From Lachnospiraceae bacterium (GTDB lineage Bacteria; Bacillota; Clostridia; Lachnospirales; Lachnospiraceae), in assembly GCA_003519685.1 (NCBI GenBank), contig DOWG01000084.1:1-33667 (forward strand): DNA of 33,667 nt. The letters run 5' to 3'. Under the pieces are notes generated by a model that was given only the letters and a program-made list of their open reading frames with translations, was not told where the DNA came from and ran no database searches. Made by a program: the position numbers and the translations under genes. Shown here one piece after another: positions 17,255 to 26,786 of this stretch (the stretch's first letter is position 1; each line of letters begins with the position of its first letter).

Positions 17255-17920
17255 ATGAAAATAAAAAAACTGGTCGTCATTCATACTTCACCTGCAACCG
17301 TAGAGAGTTTAACTTCCTTAATTAAGCAGGAAATCGGTAAGGTGGAAGTAGTTAATATTTTAGATGATTCCATATTAAAGGATTTGATTCAAAAGAATCA
17401 TGTGGAATTTGTAGAAGAACGTTGGCTGCAATATGCAACCATAGCAGCTTCGATGGGGGCAGATGCCGTATTGAGCGCATGCTCTTCCGTAGGAGAAATT
17501 GCAGAAAAAGCGAATGCGAAACTGGACATTCCAGTGTATCGAATCGATGAAGCCATGGCAGAAAAAGCAGTACAGATGGGGAATACAATCAGTGTCTTTG
17601 CAACCCTATCTTCTACTTTAGACCCTACTGTCAATCTAATAAAAAGAAAAGCAGAGAGTTTAGGGAAGGACTGTACACTTCATACCGTTTTAGTGCCGGA
17701 TGCATATGAAGAGCTTATGCGGGGAAATCGTTCTCTGCATAATAAAAAAATCCAAGAAACGGTTCTCAAATATGCAGCGGATTCCGATGTCCTGGTTCTG
17801 GCGCAGGCTTCTATGGCTTTAGCAGTAGATGAGTTAAAGGGAATCGATATGGATAAGGTGCTGACAAGTCCCCGCCTTGGAGTCGCAAAATTGAAAAAAG
17901 AGTTTTTCCATATTTCATGA
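17255..17920 (+). CDS. Asp/Glu/hydantoin racemase superfamily protein (single-Cys variant)
   Basis: RBS aagggg; IHTS, GADAVLSACSSVG, PVYRIDEAMA, VFATLSSTLDPT, DVLVLAQASM. Confidence 0.75.
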   Translation: MKIKKLVVIHTSPATVESLTSLIKQEIGKVEVVNILDDSILKDLIQKNHVEFVEERWLQYATIAASMGADAVLSACSSVGEIAEKANAKLDIPVYRIDEAMAEKAVQMGNTISVFATLSSTLDPTVNLIKRKAESLGKDCTLHTVLVPDAYEELMRGNRSLHNKKIQETVLKYAADSDVLVLAQASMALAVDELKGIDMDKVLTSPRLGVAKLKKEFFHIS

Positions 17921-17939
17921 TTTGGAAAGGGGTTTCACA

Positions 17940-19436
17940 GTGGATACGTCTATAAAAACCGAAAAGGAATCCTACTATATTGGAGTGGATTTAGGTACGA
18001 CCCATATAAAAGCAGCTGTTTTTGATCCCGATGGGTCTTTACTAGAACTAAGGAAGACATCGACACCGATTGAAACAGATGGATACGGGCAGATTTATGA
18101 TCCTTTCATCTTCTATGGCATCGTCATTGATCAGTTATCCCTGCTTCTTAACCGGTATCCGAATACGAAGGGAATTTCCATTACAGGAATGTCGGAAGCA
18201 GGCTTAATTATAAACCGTACTACCGGGAAAGAGGAAACTCCAATTCTACCGTGGTTTGACAGAAGGACAGTCTCTTTAGCCGATCGGGTAAAAGAGGAGA
18301 GAGAGGCGGATAATTTCTATAAAACTGGGTTACATAACAGCTTTAAATATGGGATTTATAAATATCTCTGGCTTCTTAATTCAAAGAATATCCGAACAGA
18401 AGATACGATATGGCTTTCCGTCTGCGACTATATTGGGTGGAAACTCACCGGGGTTTTTGCCAGTGATCCCAGCTTTGCAGCCAGAACCTATGTATACGAT
18501 ATTGGTAACCGGGAATGGGATACGAAAAGACTTGGGGAATATAATCTTACGGAAAATAATTTCCCCAAGGTCTATCCTTCTGGGAAGAGGATCGGATCCT
18601 TATCTGATCCGGTACTTAATTCAAAGCTGCACAAGGGATCTGTTATGGTATGCATTGGAGGCCATGACCATGCATGTGCAGCATATGCTGTACTTAATGA
18701 GGATAAGAATCGAATCTGCAATAGTGTAGGAACCGCCGAGACCTATCTGGGAATGGACGAGCATTTTTCTATGTCGGAAGCCCGGTACCATTCCGGAATG
18801 GTCTATGGTCCTTTTTTAAATGGAAAAGACTATTTTTGGATGGCGAATATTTCATCCTCAGGACAATCGATGGAATGGTTTTATAAAAAGGTATTAAATA
18901 CGGAAGCGGATTACCAAAGGATGAATGCCGCTATTACCTCCATGCCGAAGGAACCGACTGGTATCCTGTATTATCCTTATCTATCCGGCATTGGAACTCC
19001 TTTTTATCGGTCGGATGTCGGAGGCGGGTTCTTCGGTTTACGGGAAACACATGGTACAAAGGAGATCCTAAAAGCAATTTTGGAAGGGGTCAATTACCAA
19101 GGAAAATGGATTCTGTCCCTGGTACCGGATATTGAACCGGCAAGACTTAAGGATGTCATCTGTGTTGGCGGTGCCGCTAACAGTGCTCCCTGGATGCAAA
19201 TAAAAGCAAATATCTTAGGAATACCGGTTACTGTTCCCAAGGTATCTGAGGCTACCCTTCTGGGGGCGGTAGCCGTTATGCTAGAGAAAAATTATGGAAT
19301 GGAGGAGAAACAAAAGTTTTTATCCGGCAGCCATAAATGTATTCAGACATATGAAGTAGAGCATGCAATAAGTAAAAAATATAAGGATATCTATGCAAAT
19401 AAATATACATTCCTAATAGACAGGATATTAAAATAG
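17940..19436 (+). CDS. FGGY family carbohydrate kinase (xylulo/fuculo/rhamnulokinase-like)
   Basis: IGVDLGTTHIKA, PWFDRRT, DYIGWKLTG, GGHDH, SVGTAE, YPYLSG, AILEGV, VGGAANSAPWMQIKA, EATLLGA. GTG at 17940 follows aaagggg (ORF from 17922). Confidence 0.92.
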   Translation: MDTSIKTEKESYYIGVDLGTTHIKAAVFDPDGSLLELRKTSTPIETDGYGQIYDPFIFYGIVIDQLSLLLNRYPNTKGISITGMSEAGLIINRTTGKEETPILPWFDRRTVSLADRVKEEREADNFYKTGLHNSFKYGIYKYLWLLNSKNIRTEDTIWLSVCDYIGWKLTGVFASDPSFAARTYVYDIGNREWDTKRLGEYNLTENNFPKVYPSGKRIGSLSDPVLNSKLHKGSVMVCIGGHDHACAAYAVLNEDKNRICNSVGTAETYLGMDEHFSMSEARYHSGMVYGPFLNGKDYFWMANISSSGQSMEWFYKKVLNTEADYQRMNAAITSMPKEPTGILYYPYLSGIGTPFYRSDVGGGFFGLRETHGTKEILKAILEGVNYQGKWILSLVPDIEPARLKDVICVGGAANSAPWMQIKANILGIPVTVPKVSEATLLGAVAVMLEKNYGMEEKQKFLSGSHKCIQTYEVEHAISKKYKDIYANKYTFLIDRILK

Positions 19437-19465
19437 GAACTGAGTAAGAAAGTATGAGGTAATAT

Positions 19466-20356
19466 ATGAGAAAAATAGAAAATTTAACAGAAGTATTAAG
19501 AAAAGGACATGAAGGCAGATATGCAGTAGGCTCCTTTTCACCGCGGTATACAAAACTTATATTGCCTATCGTGGAGGCTGCGATAGAAACAAAATCACCG
19601 GTGATCATTCAGATATCGGAAAAAGAAATTTATCGGCATAAGGTGGATATAAATGATTTTGCGGAGAAGTTTTTTGGTGTCATTGATGAGCTGAAGCCGA
19701 CGATACCAATTGTTCTCCATTTGGATCATACCAAAGACTTTGCAATTATTAAGCAGGCAATTGCAGCCAAATTTACTTCTGTTATGATTGATGCATCCGA
19801 ATATGAATTTGACAAAAATGTAGAACTGACAAAGCAAATCGTAGCCTATTCCCATCCGTATGGCGTAACGGTCGAAGCGGAACTGGGTAAAATTGGAACA
19901 ACCGATTTTGTGGAAACCGAACATGATGAAGAGCTTTTCACTGTGCCAAAGGAAGCAAAGAGCTTTGTTGAATTAACGAAGGTAGATGCACTGGCAGTAT
20001 CGGTCGGAACCGCCCATGGGGTCTATACGGTAAGGAAGCCTCGAGTTGATTATGACCGACTGCTATCCATTAATCAATTGACGAAAACCCCCTTAGTATT
20101 GCATGGTGGGTCCGGTGTACCAAGTGATATGGTAATTAAAGCAGTACAGATGCCATCGGGTGGAGTCAGCAAGGTAAATATTGCTACTGACGTTGAGCAG
20201 GCAATGCTGAAAGTAATCGGAAGGGAAACGCATATAACGGAGGAAGAACTAAACAGGTATCCACAGGAGATACTAAAGAAAGCAAGAACAGCCGTTAAGG
20301 AGTTAGTGAAGGATAAAATAAACCATTATTTATTAAGTGCAGGGAAGGCAGAATAA
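19466..20356 (+). CDS. Class II ketose-bisphosphate aldolase (fructose/tagatose-bisphosphate aldolase family)
   Basis: SPVIIQ, LHLDH, FTSVMIDAS, VEAELGKIG, DALAVSVGTAHG, PLVLHGGSG, KVNIATD. Confidence 0.94.
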   Translation: MRKIENLTEVLRKGHEGRYAVGSFSPRYTKLILPIVEAAIETKSPVIIQISEKEIYRHKVDINDFAEKFFGVIDELKPTIPIVLHLDHTKDFAIIKQAIAAKFTSVMIDASEYEFDKNVELTKQIVAYSHPYGVTVEAELGKIGTTDFVETEHDEELFTVPKEAKSFVELTKVDALAVSVGTAHGVYTVRKPRVDYDRLLSINQLTKTPLVLHGGSGVPSDMVIKAVQMPSGGVSKVNIATDVEQAMLKVIGRETHITEEELNRYPQEILKKARTAVKELVKDKINHYLLSAGKAE

Positions 20357-20389
20357 AGAAGTTTGCAGGCTTTGAAGAAAGGCATGGTA

Positions 20390-22819
20390 ATGAATATGAA
20401 AGATAAGAAATTACATATGATTGGTAATGCTCATTTGGATCCGGTCTGGCTTTGGAATTGGCAGGAAGGCTTTCAGGAGGTGAAAGCAACTTTTCAATCC
20501 GCACTGGATCGTATGATGGAAAATGAAGATTTTATTTTTTCTTGTAGCTCAGCAGTGTTTTATGAATGGGTAGAAAAAAATAACCCCAAGATGTTTGAAG
20601 AGATTGTAGAACGAGTGAAAGAAGGAAGATGGGAGATTGTCGGCGGATGGTATGTTCAGCCGGATTGTAATATTCCGAATGGAGAATCTTTCGTGCGCCA
20701 CGGCTTATATTCGCAGCGCTATTTTCTTAAAAAGTTTGGCCGGATAGCCAAAACCGGCTATAATGTAGATAGCTTTGGTCATAATGGAATGCTTCCGCAA
20801 ATACTGGCCAAGAGTGGAATGGAGAACTATGTATTTATGCGTCCGATGCCGTTAGAGAAAGGACTTCCCGGAAGAATTTTCTGGTGGAGATCTGAGGATG
20901 GTTCCAAAGTATTAACCTATCGGATACCCTATGAATACTGCAGTAGTGGAAAAGATCTGGAATACCATGCAAACCGGTTGCTCTATGAACTAAAAGACGG
21001 GGAAGATGAGATGATGATGTTCTACGGCGTTGGTAATCATGGCGGTGGTCCAACGAAGGAGAATATTAAAAGTATTCATGAACTGAATGAGAGAGAAGAT
21101 ATGCCGACCCTTAAGATGAGCAGTACCATATCTTTCTTTGACAGTATTCGTAAGAGCGGGAAAGAATATCCGGTGGTACAGGGTGATTTGCAGCATCATG
21201 CCAGTGGTTGCTATAGCGTACTTTCCAATATTAAGAAAGAAAACCGGAAAGCAGAAACTCTGTTAGTTAATGCGGAAAAATGGAGTACGATTTCCAAGGT
21301 TGTAAAAGGGCAGCCTTACCCGGAAGATTTTGAGCAGGCATGGAAGGGAGTTATGTTTAACCAGTTCCACGATATCCTGGCAGGCACCAGCATACCTTCG
21401 GCTTATGAGGATGCTTCCTATCTTTACGGGGAAGCTATGGCAATCGGGCAAAGGAATTTAAATTATGCGATTCAGGCTTTATCCTGGGATATTCATATTG
21501 AAGAGGATGTAACGATGAAACCAATCGTTGTATTTAATTCCCACAGTTGGTCTGGTAAGATGGCAGTCGATCTTGAGATTCGCGGATTAAGTAATGATAA
21601 TTTTAAACTGACGGATGAGCAGGGAAATGTCGTTCCTGCACAGAGAATTCGTTCCGAGGCAACCGTTAACGGACAATCCCGTCTCCTATTTGTGGCAGAT
21701 CTGCCAAGTATGGGGTACCGGGTATTTAAGCTATATCTTAAGACAGAAGCGCCAATCGACCTGCCTCATGTTCCTATTACAGAAAACTCGGTGGAAAATG
21801 ACCGATACCGGTTAGAATTAAACCCGGAAACCGGCTGCCTAAAAAGCTTCTATGATAAGAAAAATGACCTGGAAATATTAAGGCGGGAAGGGGCAAGGCT
21901 GGCCGTTATCGAAGATAAATCCGATACCTGGAGTCATAATGTCTTTAAGTTTGACAAAGAAATTGCTAACATGGAAGTGGTATCCATTCGCATCCTGGAG
22001 GATGGACCGGTAAGATCAACCCTTCGTGTAAAGAGTAAGTATAAGGCTTCCTTTGTGCTACAGGATTTTAGGGTTTATAAAGAGCTTGATTCGATCGAAG
22101 TTAAGGTGAAGGTGGACTGGAGAGAGCCCCAGACGATACTAAAGGTGAAATTCCCTGTTAACTTTAATTTTAGAAAGCCAACCTATGAGATACCTTATGG
22201 ATATATTGAAAAGAGTGCGAATGGTGAGGAGGAACCCGGGCAGACCTGGATTGATTTTTCGGGAGAACATTTTAACAACGGAAAGCTCTATGGCTTGGGC
22301 ATTGCAAATGACAGCAAATACAGCTATAGCTTTGACATTGATGAAATGGCAATCACCATCCTTAAGAACTCGGTTTATGCACATCATGACCCGAAAAAGC
22401 TGGATCCACAGGAAGAATACGATTATGTTGATTATGGTGTTCAGGAGATGACCTATGCTTTAATTCCTCATGAAGGGGGATGGAAGGACTCGGATATTAT
22501 TCAAAGAGCGATGGAGCTTAATCAAAGGCCAATCTGTGTGATTGAAACCTTCCATGAAGGAAAGCTCCCTCAGGTTCAATCTTTTGCCGATGTAGATAGT
22601 AAAGAAATCGTAATTACTGTGATGAAGGAAGCAGAGGATAAGGATGGTGTTATCCTTCGTGCCTATGAAACGATGAAGCACAAGGTTCATGCGACCTTTC
22701 ACCTTCCGTTTATGGAGCGTACCATAACCATGGACTTTGCTCCCTGTGAAATCAAGACAATTAAGATTCCCTATGATAAGGAAGCAGATGCTGTTGAAGT
22801 CAATATGTTAGAAATGTAA
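20390..22819 (+). CDS. GH38 alpha-mannosidase family glycoside hydrolase (cytoplasmic)
   Basis: IGNAHLDPVWLW, VQPDCNIPNGESFVR, YNVDSFGH, YGVGNHGGGPT, FNQFHDILAGTSI, YEIPYG. Start is ATG 20390 or 20396 (ORF from 20363). Confidence 0.95.
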   Translation: MNMKDKKLHMIGNAHLDPVWLWNWQEGFQEVKATFQSALDRMMENEDFIFSCSSAVFYEWVEKNNPKMFEEIVERVKEGRWEIVGGWYVQPDCNIPNGESFVRHGLYSQRYFLKKFGRIAKTGYNVDSFGHNGMLPQILAKSGMENYVFMRPMPLEKGLPGRIFWWRSEDGSKVLTYRIPYEYCSSGKDLEYHANRLLYELKDGEDEMMMFYGVGNHGGGPTKENIKSIHELNEREDMPTLKMSSTISFFDSIRKSGKEYPVVQGDLQHHASGCYSVLSNIKKENRKAETLLVNAEKWSTISKVVKGQPYPEDFEQAWKGVMFNQFHDILAGTSIPSAYEDASYLYGEAMAIGQRNLNYAIQALSWDIHIEEDVTMKPIVVFNSHSWSGKMAVDLEIRGLSNDNFKLTDEQGNVVPAQRIRSEATVNGQSRLLFVADLPSMGYRVFKLYLKTEAPIDLPHVPITENSVENDRYRLELNPETGCLKSFYDKKNDLEILRREGARLAVIEDKSDTWSHNVFKFDKEIANMEVVSIRILEDGPVRSTLRVKSKYKASFVLQDFRVYKELDSIEVKVKVDWREPQTILKVKFPVNFNFRKPTYEIPYGYIEKSANGEEEPGQTWIDFSGEHFNNGKLYGLGIANDSKYSYSFDIDEMAITILKNSVYAHHDPKKLDPQEEYDYVDYGVQEMTYALIPHEGGWKDSDIIQRAMELNQRPICVIETFHEGKLPQVQSFADVDSKEIVITVMKEAEDKDGVILRAYETMKHKVHATFHLPFMERTITMDFAPCEIKTIKIPYDKEADAVEVNMLEM

Positions 22820-22824
22820 CCATT

Positions 22825-22868
22825 CTTGTTCGGGTGTCAAAGCATTGCCGGCACCCGAATAAGTTCTT
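22825..22868 (+). terminator. Intergenic stem-loop (weak terminator or stabiliser)
   Basis: cttgttcgggtgtc pairs with ggcacccgaataag (two G-U pairs), followed by a short ttctt. Confidence 0.55.
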
Positions 22869-22898
22869 AACCGGAAGATCGAAATAGGAGTATGGGAT

Positions 22899-24725
22899 AT
22901 GAAAAAATTAGGGGAACATTTATATGTCTATCAAGATACCTGTCAGGTATATATTATTAAGAATAATGACCGTGCAGTTCTGGTTGATTTTGGAAGCGGA
23001 GATGTCCTAGATGCTTTAGAGGGGATTGGCGTAGCAAAGGTTACCGATGTCCTGGTTACCCATCATCACCGGGATCAGATACAGGGACTAAAGAAAGCAA
23101 CGGACTTAGGAATTGCTGTCTGGGTTCCCCATCAGGAACAGGAACTTATCAGCAATGCGGATGAATTATGGCAAAGAAGAGAAATCTATAATAATTATAA
23201 TAATCGTCAGGATCGTTTCTCCCTCCTACATTCGGTCAGTATTACCGGAACTCTTAAGGATTATGATACGGTGAAGCGAAATGGAATAGAATTTACCATT
23301 CTGCCAACGCCGGGACATACGACCGGTTCGATTTCGATTGCGGCTACGATCGATAGCCAAAAGATCTGTTTTACCGGTGACCTAATCTATCCTGGCGGAA
23401 AGCTCTGGTCCCTGGCAGCAACGCAGTGGACCTATAATGGCGGAGAAGGCCTACCGCATCATGTCCTATCCCTCTTAGCTTTGAAGGAACAAAACTTTGA
23501 TAAGCTTCTACCTTCTCATGGGGATATCCTTGATTCGAAGGAAACTGTTTTAGAGTCCATTGATTTATTGGTGGAACGATTAAGCCGCTTGATGAAGCTT
23601 AGGCGCCAGAATCCCAGACTGTTTCTTTTGCGGGATAATCCGTATGAGCACATTACGGAGCATGTCTTATTTAATCGAACCAGTATGGCGAACTCCTATG
23701 TTCTTATCTCAAAAAGCGGAAAGGCACTTTTTATTGACTTTGGTTACGACTTTATGGCAGGACCCGCCGCCGGATCCGATCGGAGTTCCCGAAGGCCTTG
23801 GCTCTATACAATCCCAAAGCTTTTTACGGATTATGGGGTTACGAAAATCGATGCCTGCATTCCGACGCACTATCACGATGACCATGTTGCCGGCTTCAAC
23901 CTTTTAAAGAAAGTGTATCATACCAGGATACTCTGCCCTGAAAACTTCGCCGATCTTTTGAATTCTCCCGAAAATTATGATCTTCCTTGCCTCTGGTATG
24001 ATCCAATTCCGGTAGATGAAGCTCTGGGGTTAGGTCAAAAGATTACGTGGGAAGAATATGAACTTATTTTGCACCCTCTTTCCGGGCATACCAGGTATGC
24101 GGTGGCAATAGAGTTTATGGCAGATGGAAAAAAGATTCTCTGTACCGGGGATCAATATGCGGATGGAGACGGTTTGTTTTGTAACTATGTTTATAAGAAT
24201 AAATTCGAAGCGGATGATTTCTTTAACAGTGCTCAGCTATACCAAAGAATTCAACCGGATATCCTGCTCTCTGGTCATTGGCAGAGTTTAAATTATAAGG
24301 ATACGTATGCCAGGGAGTTAGAAGCATTGGGTAAAGAAGTCAGCGAGCTGCATAAGTCCTTACTCCCTCTTGGAGAAGATACCGTTCTTACGGATGATTT
24401 CTTTGCTACTTTTCATCCATATCAGCTGCAGGTGAAAGAGAAGGAAACATTCTCCGTGAAAATCGAGATAACCAATCCCTTCCGGCACAGGGTACCGGTT
24501 CAAGTGCAGTTGGTTTTACCGGAAGGCTTTCATAGCAAACATGACAAAACTTCCTTTGAAAAAGAGATGGGAGCTCAGGAGAATGCGTCCTTTACAATTG
24601 AAATAACCGCACCGAAGGAATCGGTTCACAGAGCCCGTATCGGCTGTGATTTAACCTTAGGTGATATACGATTTGGGCAGCAGGCAGAGATGCTGGTAAC
24701 GGTGTGCAAGCAGAAATCGAAATAG
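22899..24725 (+). CDS. Tandem metallo-beta-lactamase-fold hydrolase with a C-terminal beta-rich domain
   Basis: Domain 1: LVDFG, THHHRDQ, TPGHT, FTGD, PSHG. Domain 2: FIDFG, THYHDDH, SGHT, TGD, SGH. C-terminal ~110 aa is beta-strand-like (VKIEITNP...LVLPEGF). Confidence 0.85.
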   Translation: MKKLGEHLYVYQDTCQVYIIKNNDRAVLVDFGSGDVLDALEGIGVAKVTDVLVTHHHRDQIQGLKKATDLGIAVWVPHQEQELISNADELWQRREIYNNYNNRQDRFSLLHSVSITGTLKDYDTVKRNGIEFTILPTPGHTTGSISIAATIDSQKICFTGDLIYPGGKLWSLAATQWTYNGGEGLPHHVLSLLALKEQNFDKLLPSHGDILDSKETVLESIDLLVERLSRLMKLRRQNPRLFLLRDNPYEHITEHVLFNRTSMANSYVLISKSGKALFIDFGYDFMAGPAAGSDRSSRRPWLYTIPKLFTDYGVTKIDACIPTHYHDDHVAGFNLLKKVYHTRILCPENFADLLNSPENYDLPCLWYDPIPVDEALGLGQKITWEEYELILHPLSGHTRYAVAIEFMADGKKILCTGDQYADGDGLFCNYVYKNKFEADDFFNSAQLYQRIQPDILLSGHWQSLNYKDTYARELEALGKEVSELHKSLLPLGEDTVLTDDFFATFHPYQLQVKEKETFSVKIEITNPFRHRVPVQVQLVLPEGFHSKHDKTSFEKEMGAQENASFTIEITAPKESVHRARIGCDLTLGDIRFGQQAEMLVTVCKQKSK

Positions 24726-24768
24726 GATATAAATATAGAGGATAGGTAGTAAAAAGATGGAGGTTATT

Positions 24769-26049
24769 ATGCCACATACAGTAGTAATTGCAGATGATAT
24801 CACTGGAGCAAACGATATTGGAATTATGTATAGCAAGGCGGGTCTTGATAGTGTCGTATACAGCTACGATAAGCTGGAGCAGGGTATGGAATTTTCGGAT
24901 GATGTAACAATTATTGATACCAACTCCAGATTTTGCTCCTATGAGGATGCCTACCAAAGGGTATATGAAGCAACAAAAAGATTTGATAAAAACAAGGTAC
25001 AGCAATTCTATGATAAGCAATGTTCTGTTTTTCGTGGGAATATCGGTGCGGAATTTGATGCGATGCTGGATGCCCTCAACGAGGAGTTTGCGATTGTTGT
25101 TCTTGGTTTTCCGGACAACGGGAGAACGACGCTTCATAGCATTCATTATGTGTATGGGACTAGGCTGGAGGAGTCTCAATTTCGGAATGATCCGGTACAT
25201 CCCATGCGGCAGTCGAATCTGGTTGACATCCTTCAAGCCCAGACAAAACGTAAGGTTTCTGCAATTCCTTATGAAGTCCTGGAGCAAGGGGTAGAAGCGT
25301 TACAAAAGCTTCTAAAGCAGATGCAAAAGGAAACAAATTATGCTATCCTTGATGTAAGAAATAATGATGATCTTTCCCTTATTGCAAAGGCAGTAAAAGA
25401 CTACAAGGTAATCTGCGGAAGCTCTGCTCTAGGCTATTATCTTGGCTTACTTCAAACGCGGAATAAGAAAGAAGATCACATACAGATAACTCAAAACAGA
25501 AACTCCAAAATGCTTTGTATCGCAGGAAGTCTGACCCCGCAGACGAAAGCGCAGCTGAACTATATGGAGAAGAAAAAATATCCGGTTCTAATGCTGGATA
25601 CGACGAAGCTGTTCTCTGAAGAAGAGAGAAGGTTGGAGGAAGAACGTATACTTAAGGAGTATGAAGCAGCTTATCAGAAAAGTGATATTATAGTCATCCA
25701 CTCCATGAACAAAGAGGAGGATGTTCAGAATACGAAGAGGCTGGCTGCTTCTCATCATATCGATAATACGGCGGTTTCCGAAATGGTATCTTATACCCTT
25801 GCGAAACTCGCAAAGCAAATCAGCAAGCAATATCATATTCAAAAATATATTATCTGCGGAGGGGATACCTCGGCATCCTTCTGCAGTAGGATGGATATCA
25901 AAGGTATGAGGGTAATCAAGGAAATCGAAGCCGGTTTGCCAATCTGTCAAAGTATAACCATGCCATACGATCAGTTGATATTAAAATCGGGAAGTTTTGG
26001 CTCTGTAGAGTTCATAGAAAAAGCAAAAAATATTTTAACAAAGGAATAA
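24769..26049 (+). CDS. Four-carbon acid sugar kinase family protein (DUF1537; DtnK/OtnK-like)
   Basis: VIADDITGAND, DTNSR, KQCSVFRGNIGAE, FPDNGRTT, IAGS, GGDTS, LKSGSFG. RBS ggagg favours the ATG at 24769 (ORF from 24757). Confidence 0.9.
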   Translation: MPHTVVIADDITGANDIGIMYSKAGLDSVVYSYDKLEQGMEFSDDVTIIDTNSRFCSYEDAYQRVYEATKRFDKNKVQQFYDKQCSVFRGNIGAEFDAMLDALNEEFAIVVLGFPDNGRTTLHSIHYVYGTRLEESQFRNDPVHPMRQSNLVDILQAQTKRKVSAIPYEVLEQGVEALQKLLKQMQKETNYAILDVRNNDDLSLIAKAVKDYKVICGSSALGYYLGLLQTRNKKEDHIQITQNRNSKMLCIAGSLTPQTKAQLNYMEKKKYPVLMLDTTKLFSEEERRLEEERILKEYEAAYQKSDIIVIHSMNKEEDVQNTKRLAASHHIDNTAVSEMVSYTLAKLAKQISKQYHIQKYIICGGDTSASFCSRMDIKGMRVIKEIEAGLPICQSITMPYDQLILKSGSFGSVEFIEKAKNILTKE

Positions 26050-26141
26050 TCAAGCAAAGGGAAGCTCAAATATTCAATGTTTATTGAAAAAAGCAAAAGA
26101 ACTCTAGATGAGCAAGAAGCTGTGTAGAAATGAGGAAAAAC

Positions 26142-26786
26142 ATGAAGGAAAAATTATATCTGAATCAGTTAATGCAGGAATATCCTGTATTGTTCTCATG
26201 CAGAGAGGATATTGAAAAAGCTTTTGAAATAATCCGTGACTCCTATGCGCGTGCAGGTAAACTTCTGGTTTGTGGAAATGGTGGCAGCGGTGCCGACGCA
26301 GAGCATATCGTGGGTGAATTAATGAAGGAATTCTACATCAAACGTCCTATTAATCGGCAGATGCAGGAAACACTAAGTACCTTTGGCCAGGAGGGAGAAG
26401 TCCTTGGAAAACATCTGCAAGGGGCTCTTAGCGCAATAACATTAACCAGTAATATTGCATTATCTACCGCGTATGCCAATGATGCAAAGCCGGAATTGGT
26501 TTTTGCACAGCAGGTATTCGGCTATGGAAAAAAAGAAGATGTTCTTATCGGTATCAGCACCTCCGGAAATTCAAAAAACGTTATCTATGCCATGATTACA
26601 GCCAAGGCAATGGGTCTTAAGACCATTGGTCTGACCGGAAAAACCGGTGGTGCCTTAAAAGAGTTATGTGATGTGTGTATCTGTACTCCGAGTGAGATTA
26701 CCTACCAGATACAAGAGCTTCATCTTCCGATTTACCATACCCTTTGCAGAATGATAGAGGAGGTATTTTTCGGATGCAATGCATAG
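26142..26786 (+). CDS. gmhA: Phosphoheptose isomerase GmhA-like SIS protein
   Basis: KLLVCGNGGSGADAEHIVGEL, TAYAND, FAQQV, ISTSGNSKNV, LTGKTGG, IQELHLPIYH. RBS gagga favours 26142 (ORF from 26130). Confidence 0.88.
   Translation: MKEKLYLNQLMQEYPVLFSCREDIEKAFEIIRDSYARAGKLLVCGNGGSGADAEHIVGELMKEFYIKRPINRQMQETLSTFGQEGEVLGKHLQGALSAITLTSNIALSTAYANDAKPELVFAQQVFGYGKKEDVLIGISTSGNSKNVIYAMITAKAMGLKTIGLTGKTGGALKELCDVCICTPSEITYQIQELHLPIYHTLCRMIEEVFFGCNA

Noticed and set aside
22899-24725. Metallo-beta-lactamase as an antibiotic-resistance gene
   Set aside because: No signal peptide, a tandem-domain 608-aa architecture, a sugar-catabolic context and no mobile element nearby.
24592-25287. 231-aa minus-strand ORF and the other short antisense or nested ORFs in the track
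   Set aside because: They overlap well-supported genes, carry no recognisable motifs, and look like shadow ORFs.
26050-26129. Spacer resembling a degenerate copy of the DUF1537 gene's 3' end (tttattgaaaaaagcaaaa versus ttcatagaaaaagcaaaa)
   Set aside because: Short, A-rich, low-complexity similarity that is not distinguishable from chance.
14347-26786. GmhA-like genes as part of LPS/capsule heptose biosynthesis
   Set aside because: No gmhB, hldE/hddA, nucleotidyltransferase or glycosyltransferase genes are in the window. The neighbours are importers, hydrolases and catabolic kinases.
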